Source: Catajapyx aquilonaris | Taxonomy: Eukaryota | NCBI GenBank assembly: GCA_000934665.2 | Contig: KZ538146.1 | Location: forward strand, 62,001-117,992 | Direction of reading: 5' to 3' | Length of the DNA: 55,992 bases | Shown: positions 12,446 through 23,552 of the stretch, piece by piece | How the letters are laid out: each line of letters opens with the position of its first letter | How positions within the stretch are numbered: the stretch's first letter is position 1 | The notes under the pieces: generated by a model | What the model saw: only the letters and a program-made list of their open reading frames with translations | Databases searched by the model: none | Told to the model about the DNA's origin: nothing | Translations under genes and position numbers: made by a program

Positions 12446-12505
12446 ATGAAGTATCCTTACCTCGCCTGCGTGCTTTTGGCATCGCTAATGGTGGTCCACA
12501 CGGTG
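12446..12505 (+). CDS. Gene 2 signal-peptide exon (coding part)
   Basis: CAACC-ATG context, 20 codons, donor GTG|GTAAGT. Confidence 0.8.
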
Positions 12506-15500
12506 GTAAGTGCTACCAATGTCATTTTGTGCTTAGCCACGCGCATTCGTGTTTGTCAAGTGCGCCCATTTTAGTCACGCTTGGTCATCTCGCCATGGCA
12601 GCAAACACGTTGTATCTTTAATTCAGACTATAAATTGAATGGATGGGCGGTTATAAAACACAGCTATTGTAATAGCACAATTCAAAATAAATCAGACAAT
12701 CGTCACTCTGGTTGATCCTTAATCGCACGTACAGAGCTATCTGGCAATCGGTGAAGAACTAATGAGCAGGTGCCATTGTGGCGAGATTTCGAAGTGTGAA
12801 GTGCCATTCGCACCTTGTAGATCACTATCTGTCATTAAACGTGTAAAAACGTGTTCCAAAATTAGAAATGTTATTCTGCCATATACAAAAAGAAAAACCG
12901 TACAGAGGAAGATCAATGAGACTGAAAGGGGGCTGCGCACATCGGATCATCGTAATGAAGTGAAATCCCATTCTTGCAGTGGGAAAGGAAGCTCTATTAC
13001 TTGTTACGGCAACGTACTTCCCGAGACCCCTGTGTCACTTTCGCCCTCTCCCCCCCAACCCCCCGCGAGAATAAACAAACGATTTAAACGAAAGGGTCAA
13101 AAAACTGAAAGGGCGGATATGGCGGGGGGGCAGCCATGTCTGAAGCCCTAAACTTCCATGTGAGAGACTCCCAGATGGAGCTCAACTTTCTTCACCTTAT
13201 CAGCTCGATCCTCTGCTGCTATATCATCTCGTGCTAACCCAGTTCCGACAGCTTGAGTTAAGTTATGCCTTAGACTGCTACATCTGACGCATCAATCGCT
13301 TTATCCGTGTGAATATGCTGTACTCTATGTCAAAATAAGCAATGTATCAAGTGGCGACTGCTAATAGGTGTAATTATGCATTAGAAGGACAGCGGTATTG
13401 AACTTTTGCTTTTCACAATCCATTGGTCTATTCGTGGTTTTTTAAAATGATTAATTAGATGTGATAACAATGAAGCCTGTAAGCATCGACAAGCTGAAGA
13501 AGTTAAATGCGATTTTGGTCAAAATTAAGTTAGGCATTGTTTAGTATGCTCCTGAAAACGTATATAACAGATGGTCTAGTCAGATTTCTAATAGAGAAAT
13601 TACAGCCCTCTAGAGAAAATGTTGATAAAATTATCCCATTAGATACAGTGACATTTCAAATTCAAACCCTCATATCTTTAAATCAGTCAAATGTTACTGA
13701 TAGTTTTGCATTTTGGGCAAGTAGGACTAGATACTGTCTTGTGAATCAGTGGGAAAGTGAATGACATCTTAAATACTGGATAATTTACTCGGATACCACA
13801 AACCAAAATGAGACCGATATGTAGTCTACAATACTATGTTGTATTCGGCCTTATAACAATAATGATATGTCAAATTATTAGTATGTTATTGTTGCCAGTT
13901 GATTTACATTGTGACTTTTCTAAATATGATTACATAAGACATCTGGCTTTTTTGACGACAATGGTATGATAAACACTGGTTTACATTAAATCCGACAGTA
14001 TGTAATAAGTAACCGAGTTACGGCTAAAAACCTTGCGTGTCAACAACTTAGATATGATTCTTCTAAACTAGGCCTACTGAATATAATTACTGCATTCCAA
14101 AAGTAAATACCGCTTGCCCGCAAAATTTCAAAAGGAATTATTCTCACACAGCTTATTCAACAGCCACATATGGCGCACATCTGCATCTACCACCACATAG
14201 TAACATCATGTCGATAGTAGTATTTTTAAGGTCGTGGTACCATATTTTGTAAGCTTATATGATTGTCGAGTATTCTCAACCAATATTGCTTGGCATCTAC
14301 TCGTATGTTGCTTGGCATCTACTCGTATGTTGCTTGGCATCTGATCACTTCTTACATATTCCTACCTGTCGAAATATTTTGTAGCATGCGAAACAAGTGA
14401 TTGCCATTCGGTGCAAGGTCTGCACCATGGTCTGAACTGTTTGGAAAATTTCCACAGATGTCCCACTTGAATTATTGAAGAATGCCTTACGACAGTGTCT
14501 TACTACAAACGGCACTTCATACGCAGACATTGCTCAAAAGCTTTGAAACAGTTCAAGTGCAGCAACTTTGAGCACCCAGATCAATCTCTAAACCTGTCTT
14601 GAAAATACTTCAATCGACATAGTGCTTATAAGCAAAATTTTGTGACATTGTCTGATTATGTAAATGTTTGGTGGAAATGGAAATTACGACGAAACGGGAC
14701 TTACTTTCGAAATGCGGCAATAGAATTCCCATAAGATGCGAGAAAGATGTCGATTCTCAAAATCTGACTAGGAACAAAATTTTGTTTTTAAAAATTCATT
14801 TTCATGTTAGAAAAGGATAAATTATGCACGATTCGACTTTGTTGGACGAATGAGCACAGCCGTGAGAGTTATCATTCACAGGTAAATTAGGTGTTCTACT
14901 TTACATCTCACATGATATACCACATGCTATTGTTCAAGCTTCGTATGTTTGCAGGCACGTAATTTTGCTTTCTGCCCTTGCGGTGTGAGCCGTAACTAAA
15001 CTGCAAATTTGAAAGCAATTTCTAACATTTTTAAAACTACATGTAAGCTGCATTTTCTCAAATTTAATCATTATGTTTTCATATTGCAGAAGAGGCAAGC
15101 GAAATTTCGATTTCCACCCGAAGGCACAGCAGGAATAGATTTTCCAACCTACAACGCTATACCTGATGGCCTTTCGTTCACATGCAACGACCGTTTGGCC
15201 GGATACTACGCAGACCCAGAGACTCAGTGTCAGGTGGGTTCTATCTAATAGCAAATCCTTTTCCGTCCACCTGAATTCGGTAAGTATCACCTCGGTTCTT
15301 GCTCGACCGAATCTTTCAAGGTTCTTGCAACCAAGGTGTAATAACAATCAATCACTGCTGCTACTTCATGCACTTTTTATCCCTCGGTCCAGCAAGGTCG
15401 TCATCCTAACCTGGAAGTGATTATTGTTTGTCACTAGTGTAAATATAGAGAAGAATGGGCGATAAATCACGAGTCGGAAGGACTCTCTCATGGGTGGGTG

Positions 15501-16234
15501 TGTTCCTCGGACTGTTCCGTTCCATCACCCAACACTCTTCCTTGACTACAAAAATTCCCCGTAGCTCAATGGCAGAGCACGTGTGGGTCCCGGGTTCGAT
15601 TCCCGGCGGGGAAAAGGTTCTCCGAAGAGAACCTTAGATTTGTAGCCAACCTGATTTCCCTCTGACCTTGGGGCTCATCCTGCCATATAGGCAACTGGGA
15701 AGGCTGACGTCAAACGTGGGTTGCAGACAGGCAAGGATGAACACTGCTGGATTATGGGAGAGCACTGATGTCATATGTATTTTGTGCTGATATTATTTTC
15801 TAGATTGTAGAATCATAAAAAAGTCAAGTTGCATATTTTTCAAAAATGGGATTTTGATTACCCCCCAAAAATGCGTACAAAATTACAAGAATGTCAGTAA
15901 GCATGTGATCCAACAATGGTGATATGAGTCAGAATGTGATCATCCTCGTTGGAACACGTATCAAATAAGGCTAGGTTACCAGATGGTTTCAATTGGAAAC
16001 CACTCTGGCAAATGCTGAGAGTGGTTCCGATGGTTTGGCGGCTTCTTTTGACAGGTGTGGCACTGGTGTCTTCCAAACGGACGTCGCTTCAGTTTCCTCT
16101 GCCCCAATAGCACCGTGTTCAACCAGCTATACCGGGTGTGCGACTGGTGGTATAACGTGGAGTGTGCCAGCGCACCCAATCACTACGACATCAACAACGA
16201 CCTCTACAAGGACAAGGATGGAAACCCTATCTAG
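12446..16234 (+). CDS. Gene 2: secreted chitin-binding type-2 (CPAP1-like) protein, 127 aa; join(12446..12505,15090..15233,16055..16234)
   Basis: Signal peptide MKYPYLACVLLASLMVVHTV|gtaagt; DFPTYNAIPDGLSFTCNDRLAGYYADPETQCQ|VWHWCLPNGRRFSFLCPNSTVFNQLYRVCDWWYNVEC; both introns phase 0 GT-AG; ends YKDKDGNPI-TAG. Confidence 0.9.
14286..14342. repeat. 22-bp tandem repeat, about 2.6 copies
   Basis: Unit TTGCTTGGCATCTACTCGTATG. Confidence 0.9.
15090..15233 (+). CDS. Gene 2 exon, N-terminal half of ChtBD2
   Basis: Acceptor TTGCAG|AAG; KRQAKF...FTCNDRLAGYYADPETQCQ; donor CAG|GTGGGT. Confidence 0.9.
15555..15613 (+). ncRNA. tRNA-like element B (anticodon arm absent) in the ChtBD2-splitting intron of gene 2
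   Basis: Acceptor TTCCCCG/CGGGGAA, D-arm GCTC-AATGGCA-GAGC, 11-nt linker, T-arm CCGGG-TTCGATT-CCCGG. Confidence 0.6.
16055..16234 (+). CDS. Gene 2 last coding exon (not in supplied ORF track)
   Basis: Acceptor TTTTGACAG|GTG; VWHWC...FLCPNSTVFNQLYRVCDWWYNVEC...GNPI*. Confidence 0.92.
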   Translation: MWHWCLPNGRRFSFLCPNSTVFNQLYRVCDWWYNVECASAPNHYDINNDLYKDKDGNPI

Positions 16235-17024
16235 ATGCCAGCAGGAACTCTCTGGACCACATGACATCCCATGGATTACACTGCTTCGTTTTTTTTTTTT
16301 TTTTTGGTGATCGAGCAATTTAAGCTCTCGCGTTCTGTACATAGTGCTATTTAAAACGATCAAGTGCGACCGCTGCTTGTCTATTTTCTTACGCTACTAC
16401 CAAACAATGCTCAACTACTGCACTTTATGTATATTCACGTAGGTAACAGTCAAGGTTTTAGCGATCGTTGCAGCACTTGGTTGGGTTTTTAGCGTCTTTT
16501 TTTGAGTGTACATTGCGATGGCCGCATCATGTCCAAAAAGTTGCCATTTATGTATCAATGTGTACTTGCCATTGCTAGAAGCATGTGACAGAAATGCAAC
16601 TTTTGTCATATCTCGGGACAGCGGGCCATGATGTGTATCATAGAATTTTTTTTGGACCAATGTATATTGTGTTTTGACCGCTAATTTATATTATTTGAGA
16701 AAGTGTAGCTTCACGACGTCTCATGTATGCGTGATAGATTAGAAAAAGGCGCGTTTCCATGCTTAAAAACGCTAGTCCAGCAGGTGTAATGAATTATTAT
16801 TTTTTGTGTCCTACAGAAGTTCTATAACATGTTATCATATTTGAGTCACCTTGATGCTGCCTCACACCGAAAATGAATGCTAGGATCCACATGTTCTGAA
16901 ATGCTATTTCTTGTAAAGTACGTATATGGCATCATAATAATATCAATATTTGTCAACAAGGTGATAATTTTATTTCTTTTACTGATCCCAAATCCCAGTC
17001 ATTTATGGCGTATGGTGTACTCTA

Positions 17025-18094
17025 GGGAACCTCTCGTAGTGTCACTCGAAGTTCAAGGTCAAAAAAATATTTCGGGTTCCTTATCACATAGAAGGAAAAC
17101 AACCTTCCGGAAAAATCCTCAATCTCAAGCGTTTTCGAGACACGGAGGTCAAAAGGTCAAGAATTGACCACTTTATGAAGGCCCTGAGGAAGATATCATT
17201 AGGGTTACCGGTGAGATTTTTTGGGATCTAGAGGTTTCTTGGGATGAGGAATACAGTGGCAAAACCGAAAATCATGAATATTATGCAAATGAAGGGTACT
17301 TCTCAGGTAAGGGAGTGGGGGTGTGGGGACAAACTTATTATAAACAAAGTATTTTCTACTCCTTACGTCTTTAGACAGTGACTGGACACCCAAGTTGGTG
17401 AATTTCGTCAACAGGAGTGCTTCAGAAATTCTACATAATTCATGTTTACATGATATACTCGTAGTTAATGGAATTCACCAACTTGGGTGTCCAGTCACTG
17501 TCTAAAGACGTAAGGAGTAGAAAATACTTTGTTTATAGTAATAATTTTTGTCCCCCCCACCCTTCATCCCCTCCCCTGAGAAGCACCCTTAATTTGAATA
17601 ATTTATGATTTCCGGTTTTGCCACTTTATAATTGATATTAGGAAGGTTGGCCCGGCATTGCCTCTTCAACCTCCAAGGATAGGGAAGGAAGGAAGCTGCT
17701 GTGGCCTATTATACGGAAGCGACCCCGGAATCATCCTAGAAAGACCGTGGAATACCACAGAAAGCCACGGTCAGGATCGTCGGCCTCGGGATTCGAACCC
17801 AGGATCTCCCGATTAGCAGTCGGATGCCTTATCCACCATGCCAACCTGCTTCGGTTTTGCCACTGTATTCCCCATCCCAAGAAACCTCTAGATCCCAAAA
17901 ATCTCGCCGATAGCACTAATTATAGCTTCCTCAGGGCCTTCATAAAGTGGTCAATTCTTGACCTTTTGACCTCCGTATCTCGAAAACGCTTGAGATCGAG
18001 GATTTCTCCGGAAGAGGGTTTTCCTTCTAGCTGATAAGGAACCCGGGAAAAAATATTTGACCTTGAACTTCGAGTGACACTTCGAGAGGTTCCC
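17025..18094. mobile_element. Foldback/MITE with ~390-bp inverted arms and a nested SINE
   Basis: TA|GGGAACCTCTCG...CGAGAGGTTCCC|TA; left arm 17025-17412 is reverse-complementary to right arm 17464-18094 once the insertion is removed; 51-bp spacer. Confidence 0.92.
17626..17851 (-). mobile_element. tRNA-derived SINE inserted in the right arm of the foldback element
   Basis: Minus-strand head with A-box TGGCATGGTGG, stem CCGA-CTGCTAA-TCGG, B-box GGTTCGAATCC; 13-bp TSD CGGTTTTGCCACT at 17613-17625 and 17852-17864; left arm has the single empty site. Confidence 0.88.
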
Positions 18095-21000
18095 TAAGTG
18101 CAGTAAAAATAATAGCGTTATGTACAGTACATCTTAAATGATTCAATATAGAATAGAATCAATGCAAAGCGTACATTAAGATTATTTTTGTCTAAAGCAT
18201 TTTGAAAAGTTTTCTAAAATTTAAGTTGTTATGCAAATGATAATTTGATTATTGTTTTCGTTGCATTCATTCAGCTTTCAGTTTGGCTTTGTTCACATAG
18301 ATAAAAAATGAAATCGAATACACAAGGAACTATAGTGAAATCGTAGAGATGTTCTCATAGAAAAGGTAGGGGATACCTATTATTGACATTATTTGTCAAA
18401 TTGTCACACAGACGGAAATGCACACTATTGTTTTTATTCTCTATCAAAGCAAGCCATATGTAACCTCATACGTTGTCAGTTGAACGACTATACACGATAT
18501 CGATATGCACTAATAAGTCAAGCAGTAGGCCTGGTTATGGAAAAAATAGGAAACACTCCGTATTGATTGTATATAGAAAGCTGCATACATCCCCAATGTC
18601 CTTCATCCTATGTAGCTCAAGCATGCGTACGAGAAAATTCACTTATTAGCGAGTTTCTAACTTACCTCAGACAAAATAATGCAGTGAACTAGATTTGGGA
18701 TGCATCGCTTCAATTAATCGACTCATAAAGCTGAATGCATTCAATAGAAATGTAAACAGCGTAGAAATTAGTCAAGCCTCCATAGTGGTCTTATCTTACT
18801 TTTAAAAGATGGATATTTCAGACAAAAAAAAATCATTAAAAGTGGCTTACAAAACCCCTTGTGGGTATAGGTATAATAGGCTGTGGTGTTCAGTCTATAC
18901 GTATATTATTATTCAACTCTCTAAAATAATATGCTGGTCCTTTTATCTTCTACAGATATTTTTGTCATTATTTCAACTCTGTAGTTTTGTCCACAAGGCG
19001 AGCAAAGCTATAGATTTAGCTTAACTATATCAAGAAGAAAGGGAACTGTGGGGTTGATAACATATCGAGGGGGGATAACATGAAGCGTAAAGCTATACTC
19101 ATTGAGAAACAAAGTGTAAAAGAAAATCACCGTTTTTGCTGCTAACTCAGCATGGCTGCGGCCTGCCGTAAGGGAAGCGACTACTTGGCTTGACAATGAG
19201 GAAAGCAGAAGCAAAGGAAACTAGCGGGTGTGCGCACCACTCTGTGTGCGCACTGCGCGAACTGCATGGAAGGGGAAGGGCTGTATAGCAGTCAGCTCCA
19301 GCCATCTATTTATTCAATTGAACTACTTCAAATAGTGCAACTAATTCAAACACTTCAAACATTGCTAACTCCAACAAGAAAGACATCCCCTTCACTCCTG
19401 CAAGAGCCATATTTTGATCTCTTTCCATTTTTTAAAAAATGCCAACAGTTCCGACATTTTTGCAGGCTTGCAGCATTCTGTCGTTTTATGGTATAAAAAT
19501 AAGATGTCTCTCAAGATGTGGACACAAAGCTGATGGGCTGCTATTTGAAGCTCATATGACCCGCGTCTTGTGATAATATGATCAATCGTATAAAGTTTGG
19601 TGTCTCACTGACTTCAATGAAAATAAATTTACTCGTAATTTACTGCACATTAATGCGGGCATGAACATCACTTCTCGTAAGTAATGGCACTCTTGTCATA
19701 TCATACATTTACTGTTATCATTTTTTATTATTACCATATGTTTTGATTATTATTGGATATATACAGTATTGTGAATTAACAACCTTAATGTATAATCTTT
19801 TTATTGTTGCCAAATTTACAGTATGTGGTGTCTCTCGATCAGTGACTTTACCTTTGGCTTACATGTACAGTATCTATGTTTGTCCATCTCCACCAAATAG
19901 GAAGACACTTTTTGCACCATGTGCCATTCGACTACAAGCAGTGCCTCCCAGTGTTATTACCCGCAACTCAAATAATATTAGTCCCCTCAAAATTCAGAAA
20001 TAGCCCTATCACTTTTGTATCATAAAAGGGTCTAATTTCAAATCTGCATTTCTCTCAGAATCAGCTCTGACTCAAGTCCCTAGATTTATTTGCTCATGTA
20101 CTAGGTTAATTAGTTACTGAGGTGAGTACGTAGAGAGAGCCAAGGAAAGCGAAGCCTCATTTAATAGACAATTTCCCCTCTAGATGGAGACAGCTTTCTA
20201 GAAAAAAAAATTTACTTGATATTATCAGGCAGTTCTCGGATCCCTCTCACATACCGGTGACAAAAATGTGAGTTGCAAAAAAATGTTGATTCAACAACAC
20301 TAATAACATTGTTGATAAATTTTTATAAATTATTCTATAAGTTACATAGGTTGACCCTATATAGATCACTACAGTTATGTCACGTGAGATCTTCCTTTTT
20401 ATAACGTTATGAAAAACGGAAGCTATGTGCCAGCTCTTACCTCAAACACCTCAGAACCAAAAACGTATCTACAGCAGAAAATCTTAACAAATAAACGCAA
20501 TCATACAAAGAAGCGAAACTGATACTTGATCCTGGTAGTTACGTCACGGAAATAGGTCTCATACCGCGTGAAAAACTTTCACCTGACATTTGGAATACAC
20601 AATACGAGTATATGGAGCGCGACACTAGAGTAGGCACCTCTGAGCACCTCCACACCTTAACTTCATAGGATGTCATAACCTGAGCTGCATCATATGGGCT
20701 CCACTACAATGAGATGCACTTGCTAAAATTATAGAGTGTGCTGTTTCTTGACCGAATTTTTAAAGCTCACTCAGGACGAAAGAGGTGTCATCCATAGGGT
20801 GACCATCAAGGTAACGTATCAAGGTAAATGGTAGAAGTAACAACAAGTTACGTCATTGATAGCTACTTCCAGTTCCCAAACTAGGACCCATAATGGCTCA
20901 AAATGGAGTTAATGACTAGCAAGAGCTCATTTCTATTGCGTTTCTGTACCAGTTCGACATTTCCCAACCCTTGACCCGAAGGGAAATTCTCACAGGTGGC

Positions 21001-23267
21001 GCCCCAAAGGAGGAAAGAGTCTTTATCTCAAGGGCAAAATGTGGGCAGTTTCTCCTAACAAGCACCCGAATGCGATCTATTAAAATGTCCCATATACAGT
21101 GTATAATACTAGACCGTACAAAAAATTGTATCAGACTCCATTGTAATAACCAACTACACTCAAATTAAATCTATATGGGAGAGTTAAATAATTTGAGTTG
21201 TCATACGTTCTCCAACACTTTTAACAAAAGATGCAGCCAAATCCTTCCGGATGTAGCCGAAATAGCATTATCCTTTTCTCTAATATACAAGTAGTATAGC
21301 TCTAGTAAGACTCATATAGGGCTATTATTTTCTATACTACGATTGGTTCTAGTAGATCGGCGTCTTCATGCTAATTTAGCAAATATTAAAGTTTGTATAA
21401 AATTATGTTACCACAGTTGAAACACCACATATTTGCCTATCACATCATCAAAAATTCTCTCATAATATCAGCTCTGCATTATTTCAACCTGACTGTAGCA
21501 GCCACAAACACCAGAAAACAAGGAGCTAACATCCTCTTAACGCCCAGAATCAGTTGGGTGACCACCCAACAGGCGTGCAACACATCCTGCCCTATATATT
21601 TCGCAATGTTTTCTTTTTTCCCGAATTTGGTCCATTTCTCCCTAGCAGCTGACCCCGCCCACGAGTGTGTGTCTCCTGACCCGCTTCTCCACTCTGCCAA
21701 AGCAGCGCCTTCTGTGGGAGACTTCTATGAGAGTAGTCTAGTCCTGGAGAGGCAGGCCCCTTTCTACCCCCTCCTCCCCTACCTACCTACCTACCTGCTT
21801 ACCTACCTGCCTCTCCCTCTCTATCTCCACATTGTGAGCCCTGCGTGCATAGGTATCCCAGCTCTCAGGCCATTCACCGCTGGAAAGCTGCCGAGTTTGC
21901 CCACACCCATCAAGCACTCCGAATTCGTACCGGGGGCTCCCCCCTCCTATATAATCAGGTATGTTCAATATTCTCATACTCGGGATGGTCAGGTATGCAA
22001 ATGTGCGAGATTGGTGTGACTATTGCTATGGTGACTAGTGAAGTCCATATGGAAGGTGAAAGTGCCCAGTTGCTAACGTCCGATTGTGGTTAGGAAGAAG
22101 GGCTGATTGTTGTTACCTATACGATGGATAGTGGTACCGTACCAAAGAAAAGGATGGTGCTGATCGAAATGGGGATTTGCATGTGCCGGTCGTGCAAACG
22201 CAGCCTGGTGGAGTGTGAAGGCTTTCGAAATTCAAGTATGGGCCCAGAAAATTTGAAGCATTCACCTGTGACGTCACAGCGATTTTTTTTTGCTCTATAT
22301 ACGGTGAGGCCCGCATATTGCGACGGATCCTATCGTCCTGATAGTCCAGCGAACTTAAGTGACATCATGGCCGTAGTTTTGCAAGTTTTCGGTAACCAGA
22401 ACAAGGTCGTCCACGTACAAGTGATCATATTCTGTCCATAAAATATTGGAAACTAATCAAAATGTACGTCGCCATGGTATATAGGAATGGCTGTACTTTA
22501 CACGCGCGGTAATTATTAAAGTCTCTTTGGGAAATTCTCCTGTATAGGGAATGAGGTCTTCTTGCTTCTCACCGCCGTATAAAAGTAATTACGCATTTGA
22601 GGCACACTGAAGATTGACCAGTTACTCCCCAACAACGTGAAAAGAAGACCGGTAGTATATTATTTCTTGCACCCATTTTCAGGAAGTGAATAACACTTGG
22701 CATCAAAACTGGTAGCACAGACATATAAATCATGATATGAAGACGTATACTCAACGAGGCGATTTCTCTAGTGACACTTTTGTTTTGCAGCAAGCGGACA
22801 AGACAAAGACCTGAAGTGCTGAAAACAATAAGAATGTCATTCTACTCCTTCATTTCCGTCACGAAAAGGGTGTGTTTTCACTTCAAGGATGCCTCATCCT
22901 ATGCTTGAATCAAACTGTCGTGGTCAGTAGAGCACGCGATTAATTTTGACCATGTGTACATTTTGGCCCGGTTTCAATATTAGACTGTCTCGTGCCCTCG
23001 AGATGGGCGTATGAAAGTGGCCATAGTGAGAATAAGGCATTTAATGAATCTGCCATCATTCCGTCGGGAGATAAATAGGCCTATCAAGGCAGCCGAGTGA
23101 ACTGTGCCGTTACATGGCGAAGGTTTTCCGCTGCGAGAAATGGAGCGAGTGTTTCCTGCTTCTGTCTCACCAATTAAGCATCTGGATCACGTGCGGACTA
23201 TAGACCTCGTTACTTTACCAACTTCCGATTCGATCTAAGACTATCGTCAAATATGAGCGTGGTTCAA

Positions 23268-23552
23268 ACAGGTGAGGACAAACCAAGGCAGGATAGGACA
23301 GGTCAGGACAAAACTAAGCAGGATAGGGCAGGTCGGGACAAAACTAAGCAGGATAGGGCAGGTCGGGACAAATCCAGGCAGGATTGGACAGGTCGGGACA
23401 AAACTAAGCAGGATAGGGCAGGTCAGGACAAAACTAGGCAGGATAGGGCAGGTCGGGACAAAACTAAGCATGATAGGGCAGGTCGGGACAAATCCATACA
23501 GGATTGGACAGGTCGGGACAAATTCAGGCAGGATTGGACAGGTCAGGACAGG
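23268..23552. repeat. 30-bp minisatellite, about 9.5 copies
   Basis: Consensus GGACAAAACTAAGCAGGATAGGGCAGGTCG; variant units AATCCAGGCAGGATTGGACA. Confidence 0.95.

Noticed and set aside
693..16234. Calling genes 1 and 2 venom toxins (U-scoloptoxin(01)-like)
   Set aside because: That label is commonly transferred to any small ChtBD2 protein; nothing in the sequence indicates venom function
21393..22019. 208-aa ORF
   Set aside because: Non-ATG start, no recognisable domain, partly low-complexity TACC repeat
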